Virus record (IMG/VR): IMGVR_UViG_3300012831_000003
Direction: 5' to 3' (one strand)
Length of the DNA: 35,533 nucleotides
Source of the DNA: a virus
The notes beneath the pieces were generated by a model that was given only the letters and a program-made list of their open reading frames with translations, was not told where the DNA came from and made no database searches. A program made the translations under genes and the position numbers. The stretch's first letter is position 1. Each line of letters starts with the position of its first letter. Positions 1 through 6,670 of this stretch are shown here, piece after piece.

Positions 1-123
1 GTCACCCTAGATCATGCTGGGTACAATTCGAGGAAGTGACGCAAACCACTTAAAACAAGGCGTTTTTTCACAAAACAGCTTGTTTTAAAGGGTCTGAAAA
101 TCCGTGTACTGTTTCCTGTGGAA
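1..123. repeat. Terminal direct repeat, copy 1 (identical to 35411..35533)
   Basis: Base-for-base identity read directly: gtcaccctagatcatgctgg...gtttcctgtggaa at both window ends. Confidence 0.98.
50..88. repeat. 10-bp inverted repeat TTAAAACAAG (50-59) / CTTGTTTTAA (79-88) inside the terminal repeat
   Basis: Read directly. The spacer itself holds GTTTT..AAAAC symmetry, in an AT-rich stretch of a GC-rich genome. Confidence 0.8.
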
Positions 124-160
124 ATCGCAGAAACTTGGCATGTAAGTGCTTGATTTCGTT

Positions 161-234
161 ATGGGTACAGTCAGGTTCGCGTCGCTTGGGTCTACTATGG
201 GTTCAATAGCGCGCGGTGAACCCAACTGAACCCA
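161..234. promoter_or_regulatory. TGGGTWCA motif array, candidate recombinase arm-type sites (downstream side of att gap)
   Basis: TGGGTACA at 162-169 and TGGGTTCA at 198-205 (forward). TGAACCCA, the reverse complement, at 217-224 and 227-234, 10 bp apart. A further TGGGTACA at 18-25 lies inside the repeat. Confidence 0.6.
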
Positions 235-248
235 GCGCCTGTACTGCC

Positions 249-274
249 AAAAGAAAAGGCGCCACGTGGGCGCC
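249..274 (-). terminator. Rho-independent terminator closing the cargo operon
   Basis: GGCGCC (258-263) pairs with GGCGCC (269-274) around a 5-nt loop, followed on the minus strand by TTTTCTTTT. It begins right after the TAG stop at 275-277. Confidence 0.7.
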
Positions 275-565
275 CTACTGCGTTTCCGGTGGTTCGCGCC
301 CGGCCCTTATCTGCTCCTGCTCGGCGCCCATGGCGCGATCAGCGGCGCGCGCGCCCTCCCTCCATCCCATCACCCCGGATGCCACGATGACGGCCGGCAC
401 GCTGGCCCACACTGCCACCCCGAGGTGCTGGGCAATCACACTGGCGACGTACCCCAGGGCGGCGGCCACACCGGCGGTCACCACGGTGACGCGCATAAAC
501 AGCCACCGATAGCTGTAGATCATGCGCAAAGCGAACGCCAAGCCATGCCGGATGTCGTAACTCAT
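275..565 (-). CDS. Small membrane protein, two predicted TM helices
   Basis: The ATG at 565 overlaps the upstream stop (ATGA). Hydrophobic runs VTVVTAGVAAALGYVASVIA and VWASVPAVIVASGVMGW. Third-codon positions are mostly G/C. Confidence 0.7.
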   Translation of the reverse strand: MSYDIRHGLAFALRMIYSYRWLFMRVTVVTAGVAAALGYVASVIAQHLGVAVWASVPAVIVASGVMGWREGARAADRAMGAEQEQIRAGREPPETQ

Positions 566-825
566 AGCCCCATCGCCGCCTGTAGCTCTTCCCTGGCGCG
601 CTTGTGCGCCGTGCGCGTCAGCCGGCGGCAGGCTTCCCACCGCTCGGCCAACAGCTCTTCCATGGCCACCCACACGGCCGGCGGGATGCTGCGCTCACCG
701 TTCACCCACTCGCGAACCCGGCGATCACCTACCCCCAGCGCGCGCGCCAGATCGGATTGCCAGCGGGTGCCATACAGGGTTTGCCCCATGTCGGCCAAGA
801 TTTCGCGGTCGGCGTCGGTGGTCAT
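562..825 (-). CDS. XRE/Cro-type helix-turn-helix protein (Aca-like or antitoxin-like position)
   Basis: 87 aa. WQSDLARALGVGDRRVREWVNGERSIP reads as a helix-turn-helix. Translationally coupled to the downstream membrane ORF. Confidence 0.7.
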   Translation of the reverse strand: MTTDADREILADMGQTLYGTRWQSDLARALGVGDRRVREWVNGERSIPPAVWVAMEELLAERWEACRRLTRTAHKRAREELQAAMGL

Positions 826-834
826 AAGCTCCCT

Positions 835-1344
835 TTAGTGTTTCTTGGCGTCACTGCGGTTGATGGCGTCACGGATCGCACCGGCCAGAACCCGTTTCTT
901 GTCCTCCGGGCTGGCATTCGGCGCAGGCGGCACCATAGCCCGGCCGGCGTCTTTCGCCAAATCCTGCAACTCGCGGATGCGCCGGAACTCTGCCACCTGG
1001 ATGGCCGTTTGCTCTTCCCGGCTCATCGGTTGGCCTGCCGCCTCGCGCTTTTCCGCAACGTGGTGGACAAGCTGGAGCGTGCGCAGCATCGCATCGGCGC
1101 ACATCAATACATCTTCACCCACGTTCGGCCCGAACGCCTTTACCAACATGCCGCCCAGGGACTGGCCGAACGATTGATAGAACACATAACCGGTATCGGC
1201 GAAGTCCGGGCGCTCTAGCTCGGCCTTGATAGCCGGCAGGATGAGCGCGGCCGCTTCATAGGCGCGCTCGGCGGCGGCGGCTTCGGCCGCTTCCAAGTTA
1301 CCCAAGCCGTCCTTGCGAAAGGCCATTTCTGCTTTCAAGGTCAT
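835..1344 (-). CDS. Hypothetical helical protein, tandem paralogue A
   Basis: ATG at 1344 with GAAGG 8 nt upstream (a TTG at 1359 is an alternative start). Shares RPDFxDT..F.QSF.Q.L.G.LV..FGP...DAM.R..Q and EPM..EEQ blocks and a C-terminal KH with 1356..1868. Confidence 0.75.
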   Translation of the reverse strand: MTLKAEMAFRKDGLGNLEAAEAAAAERAYEAAALILPAIKAELERPDFADTGYVFYQSFGQSLGGMLVKAFGPNVGEDVLMCADAMLRTLQLVHHVAEKREAAGQPMSREEQTAIQVAEFRRIRELQDLAKDAGRAMVPPAPNASPEDKKRVLAGAIRDAINRSDAKKH

Positions 1345-1355
1345 GGCGTGTGCCT

Positions 1356-1868
1356 TCAATGTTTGGTGGGGCCGTCGTCGATTTCCTTTACAGAATCGCA
1401 GAACTCGCCAAGCGTTTGGCTTACTTCTTCGGGCGAAGCGCCATCATCCAACTGTTCGCGAATCGCGGCGCTTGCTTTTGCAATGGTCGCATGCAAAGTC
1501 ATCGCTTTTCGGAAAAAGTCCGCTTGCATCGCGCCCTGCTCTTCGGGTGTCATTGGTTCGCCCGCTTCGCTTGCCTCTTTGGCCGCCACAAAGGTGGCTT
1601 GAATGGCGCGCGTCATTGCGTCCAGCACCATGACCACCTCAACCGCACCATACGGGCCGAACCCGCGTACAAGGCCGCCGGCCAATGCCTGTGCGAAAGA
1701 CTGGCCAAACACCACGGCGGTGTCGGGGAAATCCGGACGATCCCTTTCCTTTTCCAGCCCGTCCACCATCGCGGACACAATGGCAAAACTACGGTCAACC
1801 GCCGCGCGTTCGGCCGGGTCGGGGTTGTCGTTATATCTGGCGCTGAATTTAACTTCGGGCTTCATCAT
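1356..1868 (-). CDS. Hypothetical helical protein, tandem paralogue B
   Basis: ATGATG start overlaps the TAA of the upstream gene (TAATG). Clear similarity to 835..1344 along most of its length. Confidence 0.75.
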   Translation of the reverse strand: MMKPEVKFSARYNDNPDPAERAAVDRSFAIVSAMVDGLEKERDRPDFPDTAVVFGQSFAQALAGGLVRGFGPYGAVEVVMVLDAMTRAIQATFVAAKEASEAGEPMTPEEQGAMQADFFRKAMTLHATIAKASAAIREQLDDGASPEEVSQTLGEFCDSVKEIDDGPTKH

Positions 1869-2383
1869 TACGGGTTCCCCATCGCTACAGGTTGACCGGC
1901 ACCGGCCGGCAGGCGGCTTGCCCATTTCTTCATCTGCTTGCCTTTCAGCTTCACCGCAGGCCCGATGCTCGCGCCATCGGTCGCGGCCACATAGGTGCGG
2001 TCGGCACCTGCCAAGCGGTCAATGATCGCGCGATCCAATTTCACAAAAACCGTGGTGGTGGGCATACACGCCCCCACCAGGACGGTGCCCCAAAAACAGT
2101 TGGACGCGGAACTGCCCGCATACACCGGCAGACGGAACGGCGCTTGCCCTTCAATCCGGAAGCTCACTTCGGTGGCGCTGATTTTGCCGGCGTCGGCATC
2201 GGATAGCAGCACCAGCACCGGCTGCCCATCGATGGTGGCAAAGCGCAAATTAGCCTGCCATCCCATTTCGGCGCCGCTGTACAGGCACACGGTTTGGCCG
2301 GTCGCCTTGTTGATGTTGCAGGCGGTTGCGGTGAAGGCCGCGCCCAGGGCGAGCGCAGCAACGATGATGCGAATAGCTTTCAT
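1868..2383 (-). CDS. Secreted protein, candidate lipoprotein
   Basis: N-terminus MKAIRIIVAALALGAAFTATAC: a basic residue, a hydrophobic core, then a Cys at position 22. The lipobox is non-canonical (ATAC). Confidence 0.7.
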   Translation of the reverse strand: MKAIRIIVAALALGAAFTATACNINKATGQTVCLYSGAEMGWQANLRFATIDGQPVLVLLSDADAGKISATEVSFRIEGQAPFRLPVYAGSSASNCFWGTVLVGACMPTTTVFVKLDRAIIDRLAGADRTYVAATDGASIGPAVKLKGKQMKKWASRLPAGAGQPVAMGNP

Positions 2384-2405
2384 GGCGTGTCGGTTCTCTC
2401 AAAGC

Positions 2406-2427
2406 AAAAGGCGCCCTTGTGGGCGCC
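2406..2427 (-). terminator. Rho-independent terminator after the moron gene
   Basis: GGCGCCC (2410-2416) pairs with GGGCGCC (2421-2427) around loop TTGT. The minus strand continues TTTTGCTTT. Confidence 0.65.
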
Positions 2428-2434
2428 GGGTGGG

Positions 2435-2797
2435 TTACTTGCCTTCTAGCGATGCCAGCACGCGCACCGCGTCGTCGCGTTCCGTCTGCCACCACGTCAA
2501 CCGGTCAACCACAGACATGGTTTCGCCGTTGGCGTCGGGCCAGTGGTGGGCCACCAGCCTATCGGCATCTTCGCGGGTGTACAGACTCGGCATGCGATTG
2601 GGATACGGGCCAAGGGCCATCACCGGGTTGCCGGTGTCCGGATCGGTCATATGGAATACCCCGCGACAGTTCCACAGGCTGGAAACCACGGCCCAGTTGT
2701 GGGAAACGAGCGCATTTGATTTCAGGTACATGTCGCAGGTTTCGATGCGCTCTTGGGCGCTTTGGCGAACTTCGGCGATAGCGGCGGCGGTATTCAT
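2435..2797 (-). CDS. Hypothetical cytoplasmic protein (single-gene moron), 120 aa
   Basis: ATG at 2797 (MNTAAAIAEV...). High GC3 and no TM segment. Flanked by its own promoter and by terminators on both sides. Confidence 0.7.
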   Translation of the reverse strand: MNTAAAIAEVRQSAQERIETCDMYLKSNALVSHNWAVVSSLWNCRGVFHMTDPDTGNPVMALGPYPNRMPSLYTREDADRLVAHHWPDANGETMSVVDRLTWWQTERDDAVRVLASLEGK

Positions 2798-2825
2798 TTT
2801 GGCGTGTTCCGGTGGGTGTAACGAC

Positions 2826-2854
2826 ATCTTACATGCGCCTAATTCTAGGCGCAA
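2826..2854 (-). promoter_or_regulatory. Sigma-70-type promoter with embedded palindromic operator
   Basis: The minus strand reads TTGCGC-N17-TAAGAT. The spacer carries GCGCCT-AGAATT-AGGCGC (2835-2852). Architecture matches 6671-6699. Confidence 0.65.
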
Positions 2855-2866
2855 CTTACGGGGCAC

Positions 2867-2900
2867 AAAAAAGGCCGGCGCATTCAGGCACCGGCCTTTT
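2867..2900. terminator. Bidirectional rho-independent terminator
   Basis: AAAAAA-GGCCGG (2873-2878)...CCGGCC (2891-2896)-TTTT. On the minus strand the stem is followed by TTTTTTG. Confidence 0.7.
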
Positions 2901-2919
2901 ATAGCGAACTTACCCCATC

Positions 2920-3075
2920 TTATCGCTGGCGTGGGGTCTCGTTCGGGCCGGCTTCGTCGTCGTCATCATCCGTCTGACCCGGTACGCGGTTCGGATCATG
3001 GCCCGGCTCACCCGGCTGCGGATTCTTCGGCGCGTTGGGGTTGGTGGTGTTCGGGTTCGGGTTCGGCGTGGACAT
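2920..3075 (-). CDS. Small Pro/Asn-rich acidic protein, 51 aa
   Basis: MSTPNPNPNTTNPNAPKNPQPGEPGHDPNRVPGQTDDDDDEAGPNETPRQR. About 90% G/C at third positions in this frame. GGGAG lies 9 nt upstream of the ATG. Confidence 0.6.
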   Translation of the reverse strand: MSTPNPNPNTTNPNAPKNPQPGEPGHDPNRVPGQTDDDDDEAGPNETPRQR

Positions 3076-3334
3076 GTTGCGTAACTCCCAGCTCCGGCCA
3101 CATGGCCGCATTGGCCACGATGGCATGCGATGCGTTTTCAGTTGATGACACCGGCGCCGCGACGATGTGAAAGTCGCCCGCCGGCATGGCCAACAGTTCG
3201 GCCGCGTGTTCCATCGCGCAGGCCGCATCTTCCATTTCCCGAAGCAACCACACTGGGAAGCGCGTGCGCATCTGCGCGGTATCGCGCATCACGCCCGCAC
3301 GGCGGCGTAGCTCTGAGATGAACTTGTCAGCCAC
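3008..3334 (-). CDS. Hypothetical protein (start uncertain)
   Basis: Candidate GTG at 3334 overlaps the upstream stop. Good GC3 down to about 3085, then a weaker-coding 3' tail overlaps 2920..3075 in another frame. Confidence 0.5.
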   Translation of the reverse strand: MADKFISELRRRAGVMRDTAQMRTRFPVWLLREMEDAACAMEHAAELLAMPAGDFHIVAAPVSSTENASHAIVANAAMWPELGVTQHVHAEPEPEHHQPQRAEESAAG

Positions 3335-3977
3335 GCCGGTGGCCAATGAAAATGGCGGCGAAGTCTTCGCCCCCTTGGGCGCGCGAGTAGACCGGGACGG
3401 GGATGCGTTTGTGTTCATAGCGCAGCAACGGATGATGTTGGTGGGTGCGCATGTTGCCTATAAAAATCAGCTCACGGCATTGCGTCAGCAGTTGCACGTG
3501 GTCGGGGCCATGTTCGTTGCCGCCGCGCTCGTGCTGGCGCGGGTCATAACGGTGCGTCATCCATGCGGTGATGATGATGTCGGGCTTACGTTCCCGGGCC
3601 ACCGCATTGGCGTCGCCCTCGCGCACGTGCTTGCCATACTTGATCGTCGGTTGCCCCATCGCCGCATATTTGTTGGCGATGCTCTTCCACGATTGCATCA
3701 TGTTGTCATAACCAGGGATGCCCAGCGCTTCGCACAGCAGGCCGCGCCCGGCACATAGTTCTATAGCGTCCTGGCCTTTGCAGTGGTCGAACAACCATTC
3801 GCACAGTTCGCGGGTCGGCAGGTGATACAGGCCATGCACGTGGCCCAACAGCGCGCGCTCGTTGGGTGTCGTGGTTTTCCAATAGGCATCATTGCGCAAG
3901 CGCCATTCTCCGTTGGGATGGAAAACCTGCGAAGTGATGTCGCGGATATGGGCGGGGTCAATCACAGAAAAGGTCAT
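3327..3977 (-). CDS. Possible SAM-dependent methyltransferase-fold protein
   Basis: MTFSVIDP start. DAIELCAGRGLLCEALG resembles Rossmann motif I, with a later acidic GYDN and DIIITAW. No DPPY/NPPY motif is present. Confidence 0.45.
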   Translation of the reverse strand: MTFSVIDPAHIRDITSQVFHPNGEWRLRNDAYWKTTTPNERALLGHVHGLYHLPTRELCEWLFDHCKGQDAIELCAGRGLLCEALGIPGYDNMMQSWKSIANKYAAMGQPTIKYGKHVREGDANAVARERKPDIIITAWMTHRYDPRQHERGGNEHGPDHVQLLTQCRELIFIGNMRTHQHHPLLRYEHKRIPVPVYSRAQGGEDFAAIFIGHRRG

Positions 3978-3994
3978 CGGCGTGTGGTGGTGGT

Positions 3995-4264
3995 CTATTC
4001 GTCTACCGCCATGAATTGCAAGCGGTCGTTTTGATACTTGCGGCGCGGGTTTTCGAGCGCGGCATCGCGGGTTTTCGCACTGCGGTAGTTGCCGCGCCAG
4101 CGGCGCCATTCGCCCCATTCCTCCGGCTCTACGCTTCTCTGCGGGTTGCGCATCCAGACCTGCCACGGAAGACGGCGCGAATAGATCGAAAAGTTCGTGG
4201 CCTTGCGCGCGTGGCCCGGCGTTGGGCGGGTGTCGTCAACTTGCGGGTTGTTGTTTTGCTGCAT
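3995..4264 (-). CDS. Hypothetical Trp/Arg-rich protein
   Basis: ATG at 4264 with GAGGG 8 nt upstream. 89 aa. Confidence 0.6.
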   Translation of the reverse strand: MQQNNNPQVDDTRPTPGHARKATNFSIYSRRLPWQVWMRNPQRSVEPEEWGEWRRWRGNYRSAKTRDAALENPRRKYQNDRLQFMAVDE

Positions 4265-4463
4265 CACGGTAGCCCTCAATCCACTTGTTCACACGGTGGT
4301 GTAACCGGTGATCGTGGGGCCAGCGGTTCACTAGGGAACCATCTGCCAATTGGGCCACGCTCCAGCCGTCATACCACCCGCGAATCTCTATGAACAAAGT
4401 CCCTGGCGGGAAATCGTCGGTGCTATGGATGCGGCCGGGTTTGGTGTCGGTTTCCACGGTCAC
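4236..4463 (-). CDS. Hypothetical protein
   Basis: GTG at 4463 overlaps the upstream TGA (GTGA) and is preceded by AAGGAG. 75 aa. Confidence 0.55.
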   Translation of the reverse strand: MTVETDTKPGRIHSTDDFPPGTLFIEIRGWYDGWSVAQLADGSLVNRWPHDHRLHHRVNKWIEGYRDAAKQQPAS

Positions 4464-4699
4464 ATCTCCTTTTCGCCGTTGATGAAGCGCATCACCTTGC
4501 GGGTTTGACGTTCCAACTTCCACATGGCCAACACGCAATAGACGCCCACGGCCACGTCGAAAATTCCGGCGGCCAGCATCGCCCAGTCGGCCCACGAGAT
4601 TGGCGGCCTGATTGCTTTGTCAATGCATATCGCCGTGCCCACGGCCAGACACACCACCGAAACGGTGTAGGGATTTCGCATCAACCACCGGGTAATCAT
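4460..4699 (-). CDS. Small membrane protein, two TM helices
   Basis: YTVSVVCLAVGTAICI and WAMLAAGIFDVAVGVYCVLAMW. ATGA overlap with the upstream gene. Confidence 0.7.
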   Translation of the reverse strand: MITRWLMRNPYTVSVVCLAVGTAICIDKAIRPPISWADWAMLAAGIFDVAVGVYCVLAMWKLERQTRKVMRFINGEKEM

Positions 4700-5064
4700 T
4701 CCTTGCCCTCGCGTTTGGTCGCTTCATCGGCTGCGACCATCTTCACCAATGCCGCGTGGCGCTTGATCGCCACGTCGAAGCTGCTATGCCGCTCCACCCA
4801 TTCGGTGCCGAACTTGCCAGACACGGCCACTTCAAAAAAGGTATTCCCCGCCATCCGCATGGGCAGAAAAAGCGTAATTACATCCCGGTTGCCAATGACA
4901 TGGCGGCGCAACACTTCCGGTTTGAACTCGCGTACATCGTCGGCCGGCTCCACGTTGTGCTGCGGTGTCAGTCGATACACACCCGTGGCCGACACATGCA
5001 CACCGCCGGGCGGCTCGGGTTCGGCCGACACATTGCTGCGCCGGTCGTTGAAAGGCGTTATCAC
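4696..5064 (-). CDS. Hypothetical protein
   Basis: 122-aa ORF in the operon frame pattern. No recognisable motif. Confidence 0.6.
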   Translation of the reverse strand: MITPFNDRRSNVSAEPEPPGGVHVSATGVYRLTPQHNVEPADDVREFKPEVLRRHVIGNRDVITLFLPMRMAGNTFFEVAVSGKFGTEWVERHSSFDVAIKRHAALVKMVAADEATKREGKE

Positions 5065-5079
5065 GTTATCCCCCTGCGA

Positions 5080-5565
5080 CTAGGCCGACTGTTTCTTTCG
5101 CCACTCGGCCGCCAGCTCCCGCCGGAACTTGGCATTACTCCATCGTTCGGCCATCAACCGCAGGCCACCATCGCGCACTTGCATGATCGGCATGGCCAAG
5201 GGCGCGGCCAACTCAATCTTAAGGTGTAGCCCACATTGGCTACAGGTCACGATTCCAACAAATGCTTTTCCCGTTTCTTCCCGTCGCACGGTAGTGTCAA
5301 GGCGCACGGGGCCATGGCAATGCGGGCACGGTTGTTGGGTGACCTGATCCTGCGGAGGCGTGGCCAGCCATGTCTGCACGCGGCGGGAGAATATCCACCC
5401 AATCAGCATGCCCAGGATGAGCCCCACCACGGCGCCCACAGTCGGGGTGATGAAACCCAGTAGCTGGAAACCGATCACAGAACCGCAGGCCGCTACCACC
5501 GGCACAAGGAAATGGTGGACGAAACGCGGAGGGCTTTCCGGAACGTTGCTATAGCGCGGCATCAT
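5080..5565 (-). CDS. Membrane-anchored zinc-ribbon protein
   Basis: The ATGATG start overlaps the upstream TGA. Two hydrophobic helices are followed by CPHC-X27-CSQC. Confidence 0.65.
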   Translation of the reverse strand: MMPRYSNVPESPPRFVHHFLVPVVAACGSVIGFQLLGFITPTVGAVVGLILGMLIGWIFSRRVQTWLATPPQDQVTQQPCPHCHGPVRLDTTVRREETGKAFVGIVTCSQCGLHLKIELAAPLAMPIMQVRDGGLRLMAERWSNAKFRRELAAEWRKKQSA

Positions 5566-5762
5566 GGCGTGTCGCCGGTAGGTGTAACCATTCGGGCGGC
5601 CCAGCCTTTGCGGGTGCAGTAAGTGCTCACCCGTTCGCGGCTCCAGCCGTGCATATATTTCAGGATCGGGGCCGCTTCGGTCACCCGGTCGGTTTTGCTG
5701 CACCACACAAGCCCGGCCACGAAATGTGGCGCGGTGATTCTGACAAGCTCAACGTTTCCCAT
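5562..5762 (-). CDS. Hypothetical protein
   Basis: 66-aa ORF coupled to its neighbours. Confidence 0.55.
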   Translation of the reverse strand: MGNVELVRITAPHFVAGLVWCSKTDRVTEAAPILKYMHGWSRERVSTYCTRKGWAARMVTPTGDTP

Positions 5763-6021
5763 CGTCGCGGGGAAGCACTACCGGCGCCACATCGGCCCAG
5801 CGCTCCAAAACGTCCTGTAGCCATCCCGCACCGGTCGCCCGGTCAACATTGGCGATGTACTTCACGTTATGGCCTTCTACACAGGTCACTAGCATGAACG
5901 CCACGCGCTCACCGGCCGCCGCGTCGAGGGCTTCGCTAAGCGCGCGCGCTATCGGCGGCAGGATTTCCGACACCGCCACACTGGCGTCGCTGTGCTTGAT
6001 GTCGCGGTCGGTGTCGCTCAT
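5749..6021 (-). CDS. Hypothetical acidic protein
   Basis: 90-aa ORF. ATGA overlap with the upstream gene. Confidence 0.6.
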   Translation of the reverse strand: MSDTDRDIKHSDASVAVSEILPPIARALSEALDAAAGERVAFMLVTCVEGHNVKYIANVDRATGAGWLQDVLERWADVAPVVLPRDDGKR

Positions 6022-6218
6022 GGCACGGGCTCTTCTTCGGCATCCGGGTATTTCGTGCGGGTCATCGGCAACAGGTACAGGGCAAGGATCACCCCGACCA
6101 CATGGTCGGCCGGTACGGCAGCCAACTCGGCGATGCGCTCAATCGATCCGGCAAGCTCGGTTGCCACGCGGATGCGCACCTCTGCCTTGGCATCTTTCAT
6201 TGTCATGTCGGCTTCCAT
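6018..6218 (-). CDS. Hypothetical protein (start uncertain: 6218 or 6206)
   Basis: The ATG at 6218 overlaps the Cro-like stop (TGATG). The ATG at 6206 has GGAAG upstream. Confidence 0.5.
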   Translation of the reverse strand: MEADMTMKDAKAEVRIRVATELAGSIERIAELAAVPADHVVGVILALYLLPMTRTKYPDAEEEPVP

Positions 6219-6490
6219 CACGTAAACGGCAAGCGGCGTTGTGGTTTTTGTTGGTGTCGGGAAAGCCACTTTTCGGTGAACTCGCGACGCATGCGCACAT
6301 CTTCGTCAAAGTTGGCCAGCCAATCGGCGAACTCTGCCGGGAACGCCCGCGCCACCATCATGGCGTGGTGCGCCGGTATCGCCTCATCGCGTGCCAGCCG
6401 GTAAATAGATTGCGTCGATACGCCCAAGAATAGTGCCAGTGCTGCGGGCCGTCCCCCAAACGGCGCCGCCGCCTCGTCTCGCGTCATCAT
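6218..6490 (-). CDS. Cro/YdaS-like HTH regulator, first gene of the leftward early operon
   Basis: AALALFLGVSTQSIYRLARDEAIP reads as an HTH. Divergent from the plus-strand regulator gene across a 250-bp gap. Confidence 0.7.
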   Translation of the reverse strand: MMTRDEAAAPFGGRPAALALFLGVSTQSIYRLARDEAIPAHHAMMVARAFPAEFADWLANFDEDVRMRREFTEKWLSRHQQKPQRRLPFT

Positions 6491-6542
6491 GCCTTGCGCC
6501 CCAAGGTGCGCGGCCCATCCTGCGCCGCTGGTGTGGTGGGAG

Positions 6543-6572
6543 TTTCTACACGCCGGCCGGTGTGAATGTCAA
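6543..6572 (-). promoter_or_regulatory. Candidate early promoter for the Cro-like operon
   Basis: The minus strand reads TTGACA-N18-TAGAAA. The -10 overlaps one of two CTACACGCC repeats (6546-6554, 6607-6615). Confidence 0.4.
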
Positions 6573-6670
6573 ATCCGAATTTTTGTGAACCCCGGTCAGA
6601 AAACCCCTACACGCCCGCTTGTCACGCTTGCTTGTGTGCCACCTCCTTCACATACGGGATTTTTTGATGC

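Noticed and set aside
1-275. A tRNA or tmRNA fragment as the integration target inside the att region.
   Set aside because: No acceptor/T-arm-like pairing or GTTCGAATC-type T-loop could be found in the repeat or its flanks. GGTTCGCGTCGC at 174-185 has no complementary stem.
1995-3170. Long plus-strand ORFs running antisense to minus-strand genes. Examples are 1995..3170 (391 aa), 12421..13131, 16974..17945, 28450..29244 and 33000..33758.
   Set aside because: Their products are Arg/Ala/Gly/His-rich low-complexity strings typical of shadow frames in GC-rich DNA. They cut across several well-supported, translationally coupled minus-strand genes and lack plausible starts or RBS.
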